From assembly GCA_043228905.1 (NCBI GenBank), contig JBHGNT010000007.1, forward strand, positions 9,052,001 to 9,116,000: a stretch of DNA of 64,000 bases, written 5' to 3'. The notes under the pieces are model-generated. The model did not search any database, had not been told where the DNA came from, and saw only the letters and a list, made by a program, of their open reading frames with translations. Source of the stretch: Azolla caroliniana. Its lineage: Eukaryota > Plantae > Polypodiophyta. Both the position numbers and the translations under genes were made by a program. Below, in pieces: positions 36,198 to 48,320 of this stretch. Numbering within the stretch: position 1 is the first letter of the stretch; every line of letters begins with the position of its first letter.

Positions 36198-39100
36198 TGT
36201 CGAATACAAGTGTATAATGGACGTATTCACACTATCCCTTTGTATAGCTCAAGTTTGGGCCATTTGTGTAATTAGCATAAATGGTAGTTGCCCTAAGTCT
36301 GTCACTATATAAAGTGACCTAGTAACCTTTTTGTAAGGTTGGTTGTATTATTGTTTCTATCTAATAGAAAGAGTCTTTTGTGCCTCCTCTCTCTCTCTCT
36401 CTCTCTCTGTGCACGATCTTGGAAACTGTCATACGCAGGTACTCAACCCCAATCGAATGCTACTTGATCTTCCGCATTGACGGCCTTCTTCCCAACATTT
36501 GGTATCAGAGCCGAGGTTCCTCAACCCGTTGTCGGCCGTCGTCTCAGCCTGCACAGCATTCGGTTCTTCGCGTCATCACAGCCTGCACAGTATTCGGCCT
36601 TTCGCTTCATCCTAGTCTGCAAAGCATTCGGTTTCTTGCGTCATTCGAAGAAACAGAGAAGAAAGTAGGCAAACACAAGCTTGAATCTCGCTGCGTTAGA
36701 TCATCACTCGGAGTAAGCCAGTCGGCTGTACTCTACATCCTTGATCGTAACTGCTTGAGGTGGGCTTCCTGCACAACGACGACTTCAAGGACAACCCCAG
36801 TTCGTGTTTCATTCGATTGGACAATAATCGGAAGGACCAGTCTGTTCCATTGCTCTCACCGTTGCAGTCAACCGAAACCGAATCGGCTTGAAGTACAGTC
36901 GGATCGTTAAATCTAGGTTCAACTCGACTAAGACAGTTGTCGGTAGTCAATCCGAACCAAATCCCCGATTCTCCGTAATCAACATCACTTGTGTCCAACT
37001 TCGGCTAGAACGACACTGAGTGGGCCAAACCGCTGCACTTCACCAAAGTTCGTAGCCGACTTAGGGCAAAGTCATGACATCAACATCCGGCTCGTCAGAA
37101 ATGAGTCTACGAAAGTTCGATGGATCGAACTTCAACTTCTGGAAGGAGCAAATGCAGGACTATCTCATAGTCAAGGGGCAAATCGATCCCATCGAAAATG
37201 AAGAACCTCCAGAAGGATACAAACCAATTGAGTGGCAGAAGCTGGACAGAATCGTCCGCGCCACGATTCGGATGCACCTATCGGAATCGGTATACTTTAC
37301 GGTGCAATCGTGTACGACAGCATTCGAACTGTGGAAAACACTGTCGGACACCTACGAAAAGAAGGTCGCTGCAACGAAGATGTTTCTGATCCGGCGCCTC
37401 TACAACTTGCGGATGAAAGAATCAGATTCGGTTCAAGCACATCTCAATGAGTACGAAAGCATAAGCTCCCAAATCTCATCTCAGGGGACGGCAATCGAGG
37501 ATGAACTCAGAGCAATGATACTCATGAGCAGCCTTCCCTCATCATGGGAAACTTTCGTCACAACCGTGTGCAACGCGTCAACCACGGCTGTTAAATACTC
37601 CGAAGTCACGAGCGCAATCCTAACCGAAGCAGCTCGGAGAAAGTCTTTCGCCAAAGACTCAACAGACGACGCTTATGTAGTACAAGGTTCGACAGACCGA
37701 TCGAACATACGAGGAAGAGATTCCTCACGGCAGCCGAACAATCAGCGAAGACGGAGCCAGTCACGGGATAATCGAATCTGCAACTATTGCAAGAAACCCG
37801 GACACATCAAAGCCGACTGCCGCGCACTCAAGAACAAGAACGACAAGTTTCAGAAATCAGACAAGAAGAGTGGCCGGCATGAGGAGATCAATTACGTCAG
37901 CTTCTCAGCTGATGTGCTACCAAACGACCCGAATATACTATCAATCGAAAATCCAGTCGGATCAGAAGTTCTGCTCACGACTGAAGAATCGAGCACATGG
38001 CTCTTAGATTCGGGCGCGTCATTTCACGTGACTCCTCATCGATCCCAATTTCGGCAATATACGATCCGTCACTCCGACTCAGTTCGAGTCTGCAACTCGC
38101 AACACTGTGACATCATTGGAATCGGCACAGTAGAGCTCAACCTTGCAGGTGGCTCTACACTTGTACTTCACAATGTCTGACATGTACCCGAGCTCTCAAG
38201 GCCATTGATCTCAGTCGGACAACTAGATGAAGACGGCATTCGTGCCGGTTTTTCTTCGGGAGGGTGGACACTCCACAGGGGGAACCTCCTGCTTGCTAGA
38301 GGACCCAAGATACACTCACTGTATCCGTTACATGTTACGCTCAGAGAGGGTAACCTGTTTTTGGTGGATATTCCTGTGTCATCACTATGGCACAGAAGAT
38401 TAGGACACCTCAGCAAGGCCGGCATTACGCACCTATCTAGAGCCGGATACATCCCTAAACTCTCCTTCTCGGACCATCAATTCTGCGAACATTGCCAGTA
38501 TGGAAAACAAGCAGCCGCATCACACCCGACATCAGCACCAAGAGAAACGAGACCTCTCGATTTAGTCCACTCGGACGTCTGTGGCCCAATGCCGCATCAG
38601 TCTCTCGGCGGTGCCTCTTACTTCGTCAGTTTTATTGACGATTCGACTCGAAAGGTGTGGGCTTATCCAATTCGCACCAAAGATCGTGTCTTCTCGATCT
38701 TCTCCGATTGGCTCGCTATGGTAGAAAATCAAACTGACCGAAAACTGAAATGCTTTCGGACCGACAATGGGGGAGAGTTCAAATCAAAAGAATTCGTCAA
38801 ATTCTGCCGACAACGCGGCATCCGACGTGAATTTACGGCACCACACAGTCCGGAGCAAAACGGGATTGCAGAACGCATGAATCGGACAATCCAAGAACGG
38901 ATAGTTTCCATGCTCTAACACTCCGGACTGTCGGATGGCTTCTGGGCAGAGGCTCTACTCACGGCAGTACACATAATCAATATGTCGCCAAGCAGACCTC
39001 TAGGACTTCAAATTCCTCAGGAACTATGGATCGGTAGTAAGCCGAATTACGACAAGCTGAGGATCTTCGGATGCGAGGCGTACGCCCTTATTCCGAAAGA

Positions 39101-41584
39101 TGATCGCCGAAAACTTGCACCTCGGTCCAGGAAATGCATTTTCCTTGGATATGGATCAGACGGCGAAATGGGATACCGACTCTGGGACCCCGAACGCAGA
39201 CAAATCGTTCGAAGTTCGGACGTTGTGTTCAACGAGTCGGCTATGAATCCATCAGTCGAAACACCGATCGAAGTCCGAAGGGTAACATTTTCCGATGTGC
39301 CGACCCTTCAAGAAGGCCCCGCTCTTAACACACGGTCAGCTTCACGGGTAGCTGAACCTTACACTACCGACTCGGACAACTCCGACTCGGCACAACAGAA
39401 TAATTCGCTTTCAGACCATCCGACCTCGATACCCGATACGACCAGTCCAATCATACCTCGACGATTCGAGAGACTGTCGCAACCTCCGGAGAGGTATTCT
39501 CCTGGAATTTTCTTCACCGACGTCTTACGAAGAAGCATCGACATCTGTCGATTCAGCCACCTGGCATCTGGCGATGGAGTTGGAAATGCACTCCATTCGG
39601 GCAAACAAGACTTGGGATCTGGTCGAATTACCTAAGAATCGACGTGCTCTTCCTTGCAAGTGGGTTTATCGACTAAAAGAGACGTCTGATTCGACCACCC
39701 CAAAGTACAAGGCCAGACTAGTTGCGAAGGGCTTCCGACAAGAATATGGCGTCGACTTCGACGAGATTTTTTCACCAGTGGTGAAAATGACAACCCTTCG
39801 TTTTCTACTCGGCGTAGTGGCAGCCGACAACTTGGAGCTGATTCAGCTAGATGTCAAAACAGCCTTCCTCCATGGCGATCTTGAAGAGGAAATTTATATG
39901 GAGCAGCCAAAAGGCTTCGTGGCAACTGGCCAAGAATATCTAGTCTGCCGACTCAGGAAGAGTCTATACGGCCTCAAACAGGCACCGCGACAATGGTACA
40001 AGAAGTTCGATGACTTCATCCAATCGATCGGCTTCTCAAAAAGCGATGAGGACCATTGTCTTTTTACCAACACAGCTCAAGATGGATCACCCATCTTCCT
40101 CATCATTTACGTGGACGACATGCTAATTTCTGGACGCCACGCAGGCGAACTTGCCGATCTCATTCGGCAATTGCGGTTGAAGTTTGCCATGAAGGACCTC
40201 GGTCCGGCACGACACATACTTGGCATGAAGATTAGTCGGCACCGCGATAAACGACATCTTTTTTTGTCTCAGACCGACTATATCGGACGTGTCTTGGAAC
40301 GCTTCAACATGCAATCAGTCAAATCTGCTTCAACCCCGCTCCCCATGAATCTTCGGCTCTCTCAGCGAGACTGCCCGACATCCGGTCCGGAGGGGGAAGA
40401 TATGAAGTCGGTACCGTATGCACCGGCAGTCGGCTCCCTTATGTACCTGATGGTCGCGACACGGCCTGATATTTCTCATGCCGTAGGAGTCGTTAGCAGA
40501 TTTATGCACAATCCTGGCCGATCGCATTGGAACGCAGTCAAACATGTGTTCAAATATCTGGCTGGCACAAAAGACCACGGCATTCTTTTCGGTCCGAACT
40601 CAACCTCAGGCGTAGTCGGTTACACCGACTCGGACTTCGCCGGCTGTATAGACAGTCGGAAATCAACAACTGGATACTGCTTCAAATTCGGCAATGGAGC
40701 AATTTCGTGGAAGTCGAAACTTCAGGAGTGCACAGCGACCTCAACGACCGAAGCAGAATATGTAGCTGCGTCCGACGCTGCAAAAGAAGCTTTGTGGCTC
40801 GGCCGGCTGGCGCACACGTTTCGACAAGTCGACCATGACTCGGCCCCAGTTGTCTATAGCGACAGTCAAGGTGCTGTTGCCTTATCGAAAAATCCGGTTC
40901 ACCACAACGCCTCCAAACATATCGACGTTCGATATCACTTCGTTCGGGACTGCGTCATTTTAGGGAAAATCGGTCTAGAGAAAATATCCACAACCGACAA
41001 TGTCGCAGATGGAATGACCAAGTGTCTTTCGGCAGACCGCTTTCGGTCCCTTCGGCATCAGATGGGCGTAACGACAAACCAGTCCGGTTAGAGCCGGACA
41101 CAGCGCAGGATGGTTTCAGACAACCGACATCAGTTCCTTAATGATCGGCTTCAACTCTTCCGACCCGACCAGTCCGGCCTTCTGCCTTCGGACCCTGCCG
41201 ACTCGAACAAAACTGATATGTCCGAGAACCTAGGTTTATACCTGTAATCTTAGATAACCCATGTATACGCCCATTACGGGGGAGTGTCGAATACAAGTGT
41301 ATAATGGACGTATTCACACTATCCCTTTGTATAGCTCAAGTTTGGGCCATTTGTGTAATTAGCATAAATGGTAGTTGCCCTAAGTCTGTCACTATATAAA
41401 GTGACCTAGTAACCTTTTTGTAAGGTTGGTTGTATTATTGTTTCTATCTAATAGAAAGAGTCTTTTGTGCCTCCTCTCTCTCTCTCTCTCTCTCTGTGCA
41501 CGATCTTGGAAACTGTCATACGCAGGTACTCAACCCCAATCGAATGCTACTTGATCTTCCGCATTGACGGCCTTCTTCCCAACA
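36198..41584 (+). mobile_element. Complete young Ty1/copia element D (Tnt1/Tork-like)
   Basis: 300-bp LTRs 36198-36497 and 41285-41584, apparently identical; TSD GAGCT at 36193-36197 and 41585-41589; PBS TGGTATCAGAGCC (tRNA-iMet) at 36500; PPT cgggggag. Confidence 0.97.
37074..41091 (+). pseudogene. gag-pol of copia D (2 premature stops, 1 frameshift near 39520)
   Basis: KFDGSNFNFWK, CNYCKKPGHIKADC, WLLDSGASFH, VHSDVCGP, RTDNGGEF, KARLVAKGF, YVDDML, YTDSDFAG, SKHIDVRYHF. Confidence 0.95.
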
Positions 41585-41589
41585 GAGCT

Positions 41590-41667
41590 ACCAAGTCACT
41601 CTAATACCATGTAAAGAATCAAGAGATGGATTCTTGTGAAGTGGAAGAGATGTGAGTTATGTGTGTG

Positions 41668-41702
<35 letters not shown>

Positions 41703-42007
41703 GAGAGAGAGAAACACAGAGAATACGCAAGGTAAAAGTATATTGACAAAGGAGAAAGACTCAACATTATACAAGGTGGGAGGAAGGTGCTTTATGTAGT
41801 CACCCTCTCTCTTCATTAACTACAAGGCTCATGGAGCATGGGGAATGTGAAAGCTCATAAGTTATGTGTCATAGAATATGATTCTATGACTCATACTAAA
41901 TGCTAGAATACAAAGTGGTGCATAATGGTGACTCTTGACCGTTGAGGTGTCTCTTCACTCTCAAGGTGAGTTCACACACTAGACCACGTTGAGCTTGATT
42001 CTCAACA
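41590..42007 (-). mobile_element. 5' LTR (41610-42007) and degraded tRNA-iMet PBS (41609-41598) of copia Y
   Basis: Minus strand TGTTGAGAATCAAGC...GATTCTTTACA followed by TGGTATTAGAGT; closely similar to the solo LTR at 50328. Confidence 0.92.
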
Positions 42008-43195
42008 ATCACAATATCTGAGGCGTCCACGAATACATGGAATGGCTCGTCCCAACGTGGTGGTTGCACTATAGGGGCATGCAGGAGTATTTTGAGGGCA
42101 TTGAACGCCTCTTGTTCGATTGTAGTCCAACGAAACAACGTACGGTGGACGGCTGCATGGAGAGGGCTTGCAAAATCGGTGAGGTAGTGCAAAACCCAAC
42201 TGTGCCATCGCACCTATCCAAGGAACCGTATGAGGCCCTTTGCATTGGTCAAAGGTGGGGCCAGAAGGATTTCCTAGACTTTAGTTGGGTCGATTGTGAT
42301 GCCCTGTTGGCTGATGATATGCCCAAGCAACATGTCGTTGGATACCGCAAACGCACACTTCAAGGGGTTAAGGCGGAGCTAGTTGTCGCGACGACGCTGG
42401 AGGCCTTTATAGAGATGCGCAAGGTGCTCATCTTTGGAACCGAAGACCGCGAAGTCGTGTAGGAATACCTGCATAAACCCAGGTATGTATTCCTCGATGA
42501 TCTCCATTATAATACGTTGAAACGTCGAGGGAGCAAACTTGAGCCCAAACATCATGACCACGGCGACATACACTCCTCAATCTGTGACAAAGGTTGTTTT
42601 TTCTTCATCCTCTAGGGCCATGCAAACATGGTTATAGTCATTGAATCCGTTCAAGAAATTGTGGAGTTCACGGCCCGCATTTGTGTCGAGAATGGAGTCC
42701 GTGAAAGGGAGCGAGAATGCATTGGTGATCATATTTGCGTTCAACTTCCTATAATCGACGCAAACTCGGATTTTCCCATTCTTCTTTAGGACAACCACGA
42801 TTGGGCTGAGCCACGTGGCTGTCTTAACTGGCCGAATGAACCCCGCGCTGAGAAGTTTGTTGATTTCTTCCTTGACCTTTTCGGCGTAATTAGGGTTCAT
42901 TCTATATCGGCGTTGCTAGACAGGCTTTGCATGCCTTTCGAATTAATTTTGTGGTGATAAAACTCTGGGTCGAGCCCTGGCATGCCAGTGTGCGACCATG
43001 CGAAAACATCCTTGTACGACCGCAATAGACACTCCAGTTGAGTTCGAAAGGAATCGGGAAGATGCTTTGCTACTAGGACTATGCGGGGTGCACCCTACGT
43101 TCCTAGGTTCAACTCCTCTAGCTTAGTTGCTTGAACCTTTTGAGATAGTGTGAGGTCACGTTCCAAGTTTGTGGAGGCTTGGTCAAGCTTAGGCT
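42008..43195 (-). pseudogene. RT and RNase H N-terminus of gypsy X (5'-truncated)
   Basis: YKDVFAWS, MNPNYAEKVKEEI, WLSPIVVV, CVDYRKLN, MMFGLK, QVFLHDF, FHVFVDASD; homologous to element A pol and cut by the copia Y LTR. Confidence 0.9.
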
Positions 43196-44989
43196 TTAGT
43201 TGATTTAGTACAGATGTAGTGCAAATGGGCATGAAGGTCTTAGTAATTTAGTTGGTTTAGTTCTAACATTGTTCATTACATTGTTTTTTATTTGTGTTCA
43301 GGTGATTTAATACAAGAAAAGGTTAATTTTGCATTTATATACAAGAGGTCGATATGTTGAGGAAGTGTCGCCATGTATGCCTATTAATTCAGTTCAGAAT
43401 GGAGTGGTTTGGGGGACGATTAGTTCAATGGACTAGTAGATGTCGAAGGATATTTCAACAAATTCAATGGAATGTTGTGGATGTAGTCAAGGAGATTTGG
43501 GTGACCTTGGTGCATACACTAAAAGGAGAATATGATGCTATCAAAGGTGATTCAAATGTAGTCTTTCGAAAGCAAGAGGTTTTTAAGAAGAGATGGGAAA
43601 GGATGAAGGTATTTTTCATGGTTAATGGTGGTATATGCTGGAGGTATAAGCCACCACTCTGGGTATTTCCTCCACCGACATGAGGCATGTGCCCATGTAT
43701 AACTGTTATTATTAATGGTTTGGGACATACATATGTCTAGAGCAGTCCAAGAGCAATTAAAAGGGACCATGGCTTTCAACAGAGAGGTGATCTTTCATAT
43801 CGAGTGCATCTACATAAACACGCATGGCAGGCCGTGCGAGCATTGGGAATTGGTTTTTGGTTAACTGATGGAGAAGCTAGCTAGAGTGCAATACTTGTCT
43901 GAAAAGGATCCCAAAAATTGTGCATTGCTATACCTTACTTTACAGCACAAGAATGTTTTGATGAGTCTTTTTAAACTGAGTAGATATGAGAAGGATAAAG
44001 TTTTGTATGTATTTCTAACTCGAGATTTTCAGGAGTAGAAAAAACAAGTTGTTGGATTAAAATGCCTATGTTCTAATGGAAAACACCGTCGTGATCTTGT
44101 TGTAGCATTCTTCCTTCTTCACGGTGATTTAAGATCGGATCAATTGACATGGTAATACAATATTACTTTTGTTGGATAATAAGGGCAAGATTGAAGCTGA
44201 ACCAGAGATGATAGTTCTCCTACACATCTTAAGCAGTATTTGTTCTTGACAGCGGTGATGAACATTGAGATTAAATCTAGAACAACATCTCTTTCGGTGA
44301 TGAAATTGAGATTGATGCTAACACTTACCTTTGGTCCTTTCTCAGATGATCTATACTTGTTAAGATGGAAAATGTTATAGACTATTTGTATATTGGCTTT
44401 GGCCACTTTAATTTTAATATCAATGGAGGATTTTTTTATGGAAAAAAATTACTAATGAAGTATGAAGTTCAAGGTTTTTTAGTTCTTTTGTACATCTCAA
44501 TTGTTCATTAAGTTATACTTCATTTTCTATGGAGGTGAATTAGTATTGATGTAGTGTGATTGTAGGTTTGGACTTGGTTTAGTACTGATGAAGTAGCAAG
44601 TTTGTTTTGTACTGATGGAGAAGCAAGTTCGGTTTGTATTGATGGAGTAGCAAGTTCATTTTGAATTTAAGTGTTTGTTTGTTTGACTCTATTTTGTAGG
44701 GAGGACTCATGTTGCATTAAGTATTAATGTTGATTCTAACAATGAATGTTGTAGTATCTTATAGCACAACACCGTATTGCCAGAATCTGTTGCTAATTCC
44801 AAAGTTTGGGCTCATTCCTTAACAGTAACCCATGAATCTTATAATGAAGATGAATGTATGAGAAATGCCCTTGGAATTGTAGAACATCTCACAACAAAAA
44901 TAGATTCTCCAATTTCGGCCCCACCTGACATTCTGAAAGGTAAAGTTGACATGTTTATTCTGATTTATAATTGTGTATGTACTTCTAAT

Positions 44990-45545
44990 TTCCAATTTCA
45001 AGAGCCATGAACTAAGGGGTAGCTCTTCGACTCATTAGTGACCACTTCCCTCATGTCTGCATCAGTGGTTTGGGCTCCATGGCTACCACCTTTCATGTGG
45101 GCAGAACTAGAGAGACCATTGGTAATGATACTATCACGTCAACTCTAAAGCAATAGTGCCACATGACATCATTAGAGCAGAGTTCACTTTACCCCTATGC
45201 TAGTAGAAACACTTTTTCAACTAGTAGCTTTTATTAGTAGGATACATAGTCAATCACAAAGAAAGGATATCTCATCAAACTATATGAGCCTTGTGATACT
45301 AGCTCTTGGTATAACACTGTGCTAAGTTGGCTTTTTGCAAACATCCTAGACATTAATAGCCTACCTCCTCTTAGGTACAACCACGAGACCGATAAAACTT
45401 TAATCTCTCATGAGGACCTTAATAAAGTAATACGCCAAGAAGTTTGGCAAATTTACAATCAACAAAAATGGATCACCCCACTAGAGCCACTCCCATCTAA
45501 AATGTTGTATTATAAGGGACACTTCCTGCACTTCTCTAAGTTAGG
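44990..45545 (+). mobile_element. Fragment of RTE-X-like LINE ORF2
   Basis: LPPLRYNHETDKTLISHEDLNKVIRQEVWQI matches the peptide encoded at 49057-49455. Confidence 0.85.
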
Positions 45546-46795
45546 TGTAAAGAATCGAGTGTGATTTTATGCAGTGGAATAGATTAGAGATGTGTGTTAT
45601 GTGTGTGTGAAAGAGGAGAGAGGAGAGACACAAGATAGATAGGAAAATAGAATACTCAAGATGTATATTGACAAGGAGTAGAGAATATCAAGTACAAAGG
45701 TAATAACATTACAAGGGAGATTAACCGGCTGTTACAAAGTAGGAGGAGGGTGCTTTATATAGGGTCACCCTCTCTCTTCATTAACTCACTAAAACGCCCA
45801 CTCTCTCTCTAGAACCTTGGGGAATGTGGAGACTCATTAATCATGGGGAATATGTAACTCATTCGTTATGTGTCATAGAATATGATTCTATGACACATAG
45901 TTAATGTGTAGAAAGTAGTGGTGACTTTTGACCTTTGAGTATTCATAGATTCTCAAAAGGCGACGTGTTCACATGCTAGACTAGGTTAAGCTTGATTCTC
46001 AACACACCCCCTCAAGCTCAATTTTGGTCAGCTTGTTTCGGTTGATGTCCGCTTCGGCTGGTATCCAATTCAGATGGTGTTCGGTTCTCTCTTGTACTCC
46101 TCAAGCTTGGCAAGTCAAGGATTGTTAGTCCAAGGTTTGACATGAATTGCCGAAGCTTGTCACCTCCTAGGGCTTTGGTGAAGTTGTCGATTGTCTGACG
46201 ATTTGTGTTGATTTGTTGGAGGTCGACATCTCTAGTCTGAACGCGCTCTCGGATGAAGTGATAGTGCACTTCGATATGCTTCGTGCGTGCATGGAGCACT
46301 GGGTTCCGAGCCAAATGAATGTAACTGCTCATGTTGTCATAGTAAAGGGGAGTCAGATCCTTGATGGGAACCCCAGATCCTTCAAGATTCTCTTCAAGCT
46401 GACGACATCACATGCAGCCACAGTTGTGCCCTTGTATTCAGCCTCTGTGCTTGAAAGTGCGACAATTGGCTGCTTCTTACTACTCTAGGAGATGGCTCCA
46501 CTTCCAAGAGAGAAGACAACGAATTGTGAGGTCAATCGTTGGTCAGCTCTATAGCCATTCTAGTTAGCATTTGTGTACCCTTTGAGTCGAATTGGCATTG
46601 TCATCTTGTAGAGAATGCCACAATGCATTGTGCCGCTCACGTATCGTAATATTCGCTTAGTGCAATCCAAGTGAATGTCACATGGTGTTTGCATAAATTG
46701 GCTAAGGAGACCGATTGGGTAGCTAAGGTTAGGTCGAGTGATTGTGAGATAGATGAGCTCCCAATCAGTTGTCAATACTGAGTTGGCTCACACTC
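45546..46795 (-). mobile_element. 3' end of copia E (RNase H, PPT, 3' LTR 45546-46004)
   Basis: LIYLTITRPNLSY, HARTKHIEVHYHF; PPT ttgagggggtg; LTR TGTTGAGAATCAAGC...TCTTTACA. Confidence 0.9.
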
Positions 46796-48320
46796 TTCAA
46801 ACAAAGTCCCTCACATCGACTTCCTAGAATTGCATGGACAACAAGAAAAAAGATCCAAAAGATGCATAAAAGCAAGTTTTTGTATTTCGGTTGGATGCAA
46901 TATATGGAAAAATGGTTTGGTAGATGGGATGCAACACACTTGTTTCATGATGCATTACTAGATTCCTCTATAAATGAGGCCTTTTTGCAATGGCAATGTA
47001 TCATGACATGAGAAACATGTGGAGGTTCATGCTTCACACATTATACTACTCATGGTGCACCTAAACTACAAAACCATATTCTTCAGCGAACATGGAAACC
47101 GTACACATTGATACATGTTAAAGCCCATCTCGTTGTTTGCCACCAAACCATTGCTTCCATGCTACTTAGTTCACACGCATTGCCATGTGAGACGAGGCGT
47201 TGGGGCACAAGTGATGAGGTTGGTCAACTATGCCACTTTGCCCTTAACAAGTTTGGGAGTTTGAGTATCATAGTTTGATACAATGCTCTCACATTAATCA
47301 TTGTTGACTATGCTTCCCATACATCATTGACCAAACTCAATCGAGAATGTATTACAATGTGCATTCTCAATTGGAACATTCATTGGTGAAGTTCTTCAAC
47401 ATGATCACAATGTACCTTCTCAATTGAACATTCATGATCACAATGTGCATTCTCAATTGGAACATTCATCGGTGAAGTTCTTCAACATCAAGAGTTGCCA
47501 CTCACATGTATTACATGAAATGTAATATTTTTTGTCTCATCGGTCATATTTGACCTCCAAATAGGATAATAAAATCTCTCTTTCTCCAGCTTACTCGTGT
47601 ATAAAATATAACTAACCAATAGAAAGTGTTGTTTTCTTATTCCTACTTGCGAATATTATGTTTCTTAAGTCATTTAGGAGGATTGTAGTTACCGAATGTA
47701 TTTCAAATTGTCTTAACATTGTTAATGAGTGCAAAGATGATTCACTTAACACCAAAATAATGGTCTGATGCTCGGAGAAGATTAACCACCACCATTACCC
47801 CCATCTTTCTTACGAGACAATCGGCAAGGAGAAGAACCTTTGAATGAGAGAAGAGTGGTGCTTAAAGGAACGACTCCTGTTAAGCGTCCACATCATTGAA
47901 AGTTGGTACATTATTGCCCCTCTCCCCCTAGTAAGTCACTACAAGAATACGGTCTCCTACATGATCAATACAAAATCGATGTCAATTCACATAATATACA
48001 TGGTCACTACACGGACAAAAAAACAATGAAGATGGTTGAATATGTATATCGGTCCTGAATGAGCCAACACAATAATTCCTTTTGCCAGAGAGAAAGAAAG
48101 AAATATTAACGTCTTCTAAGGCCAAAATTGACCCATGAGACAAATGGTTTACAACAAAAAATGGGATATTTACCCATTCATCGAAAGTAAAAAATAAAAA
48201 TAAAAATAAGATAAAAAATAGAGTTTTAAGCTAAATTGTTCTAGTAAAATAACAAACATGTTCTATATAAAAAACATGTTCTACAATCAAAATGATGTTA
48301 TACTAGGCCTAATTTCATTT

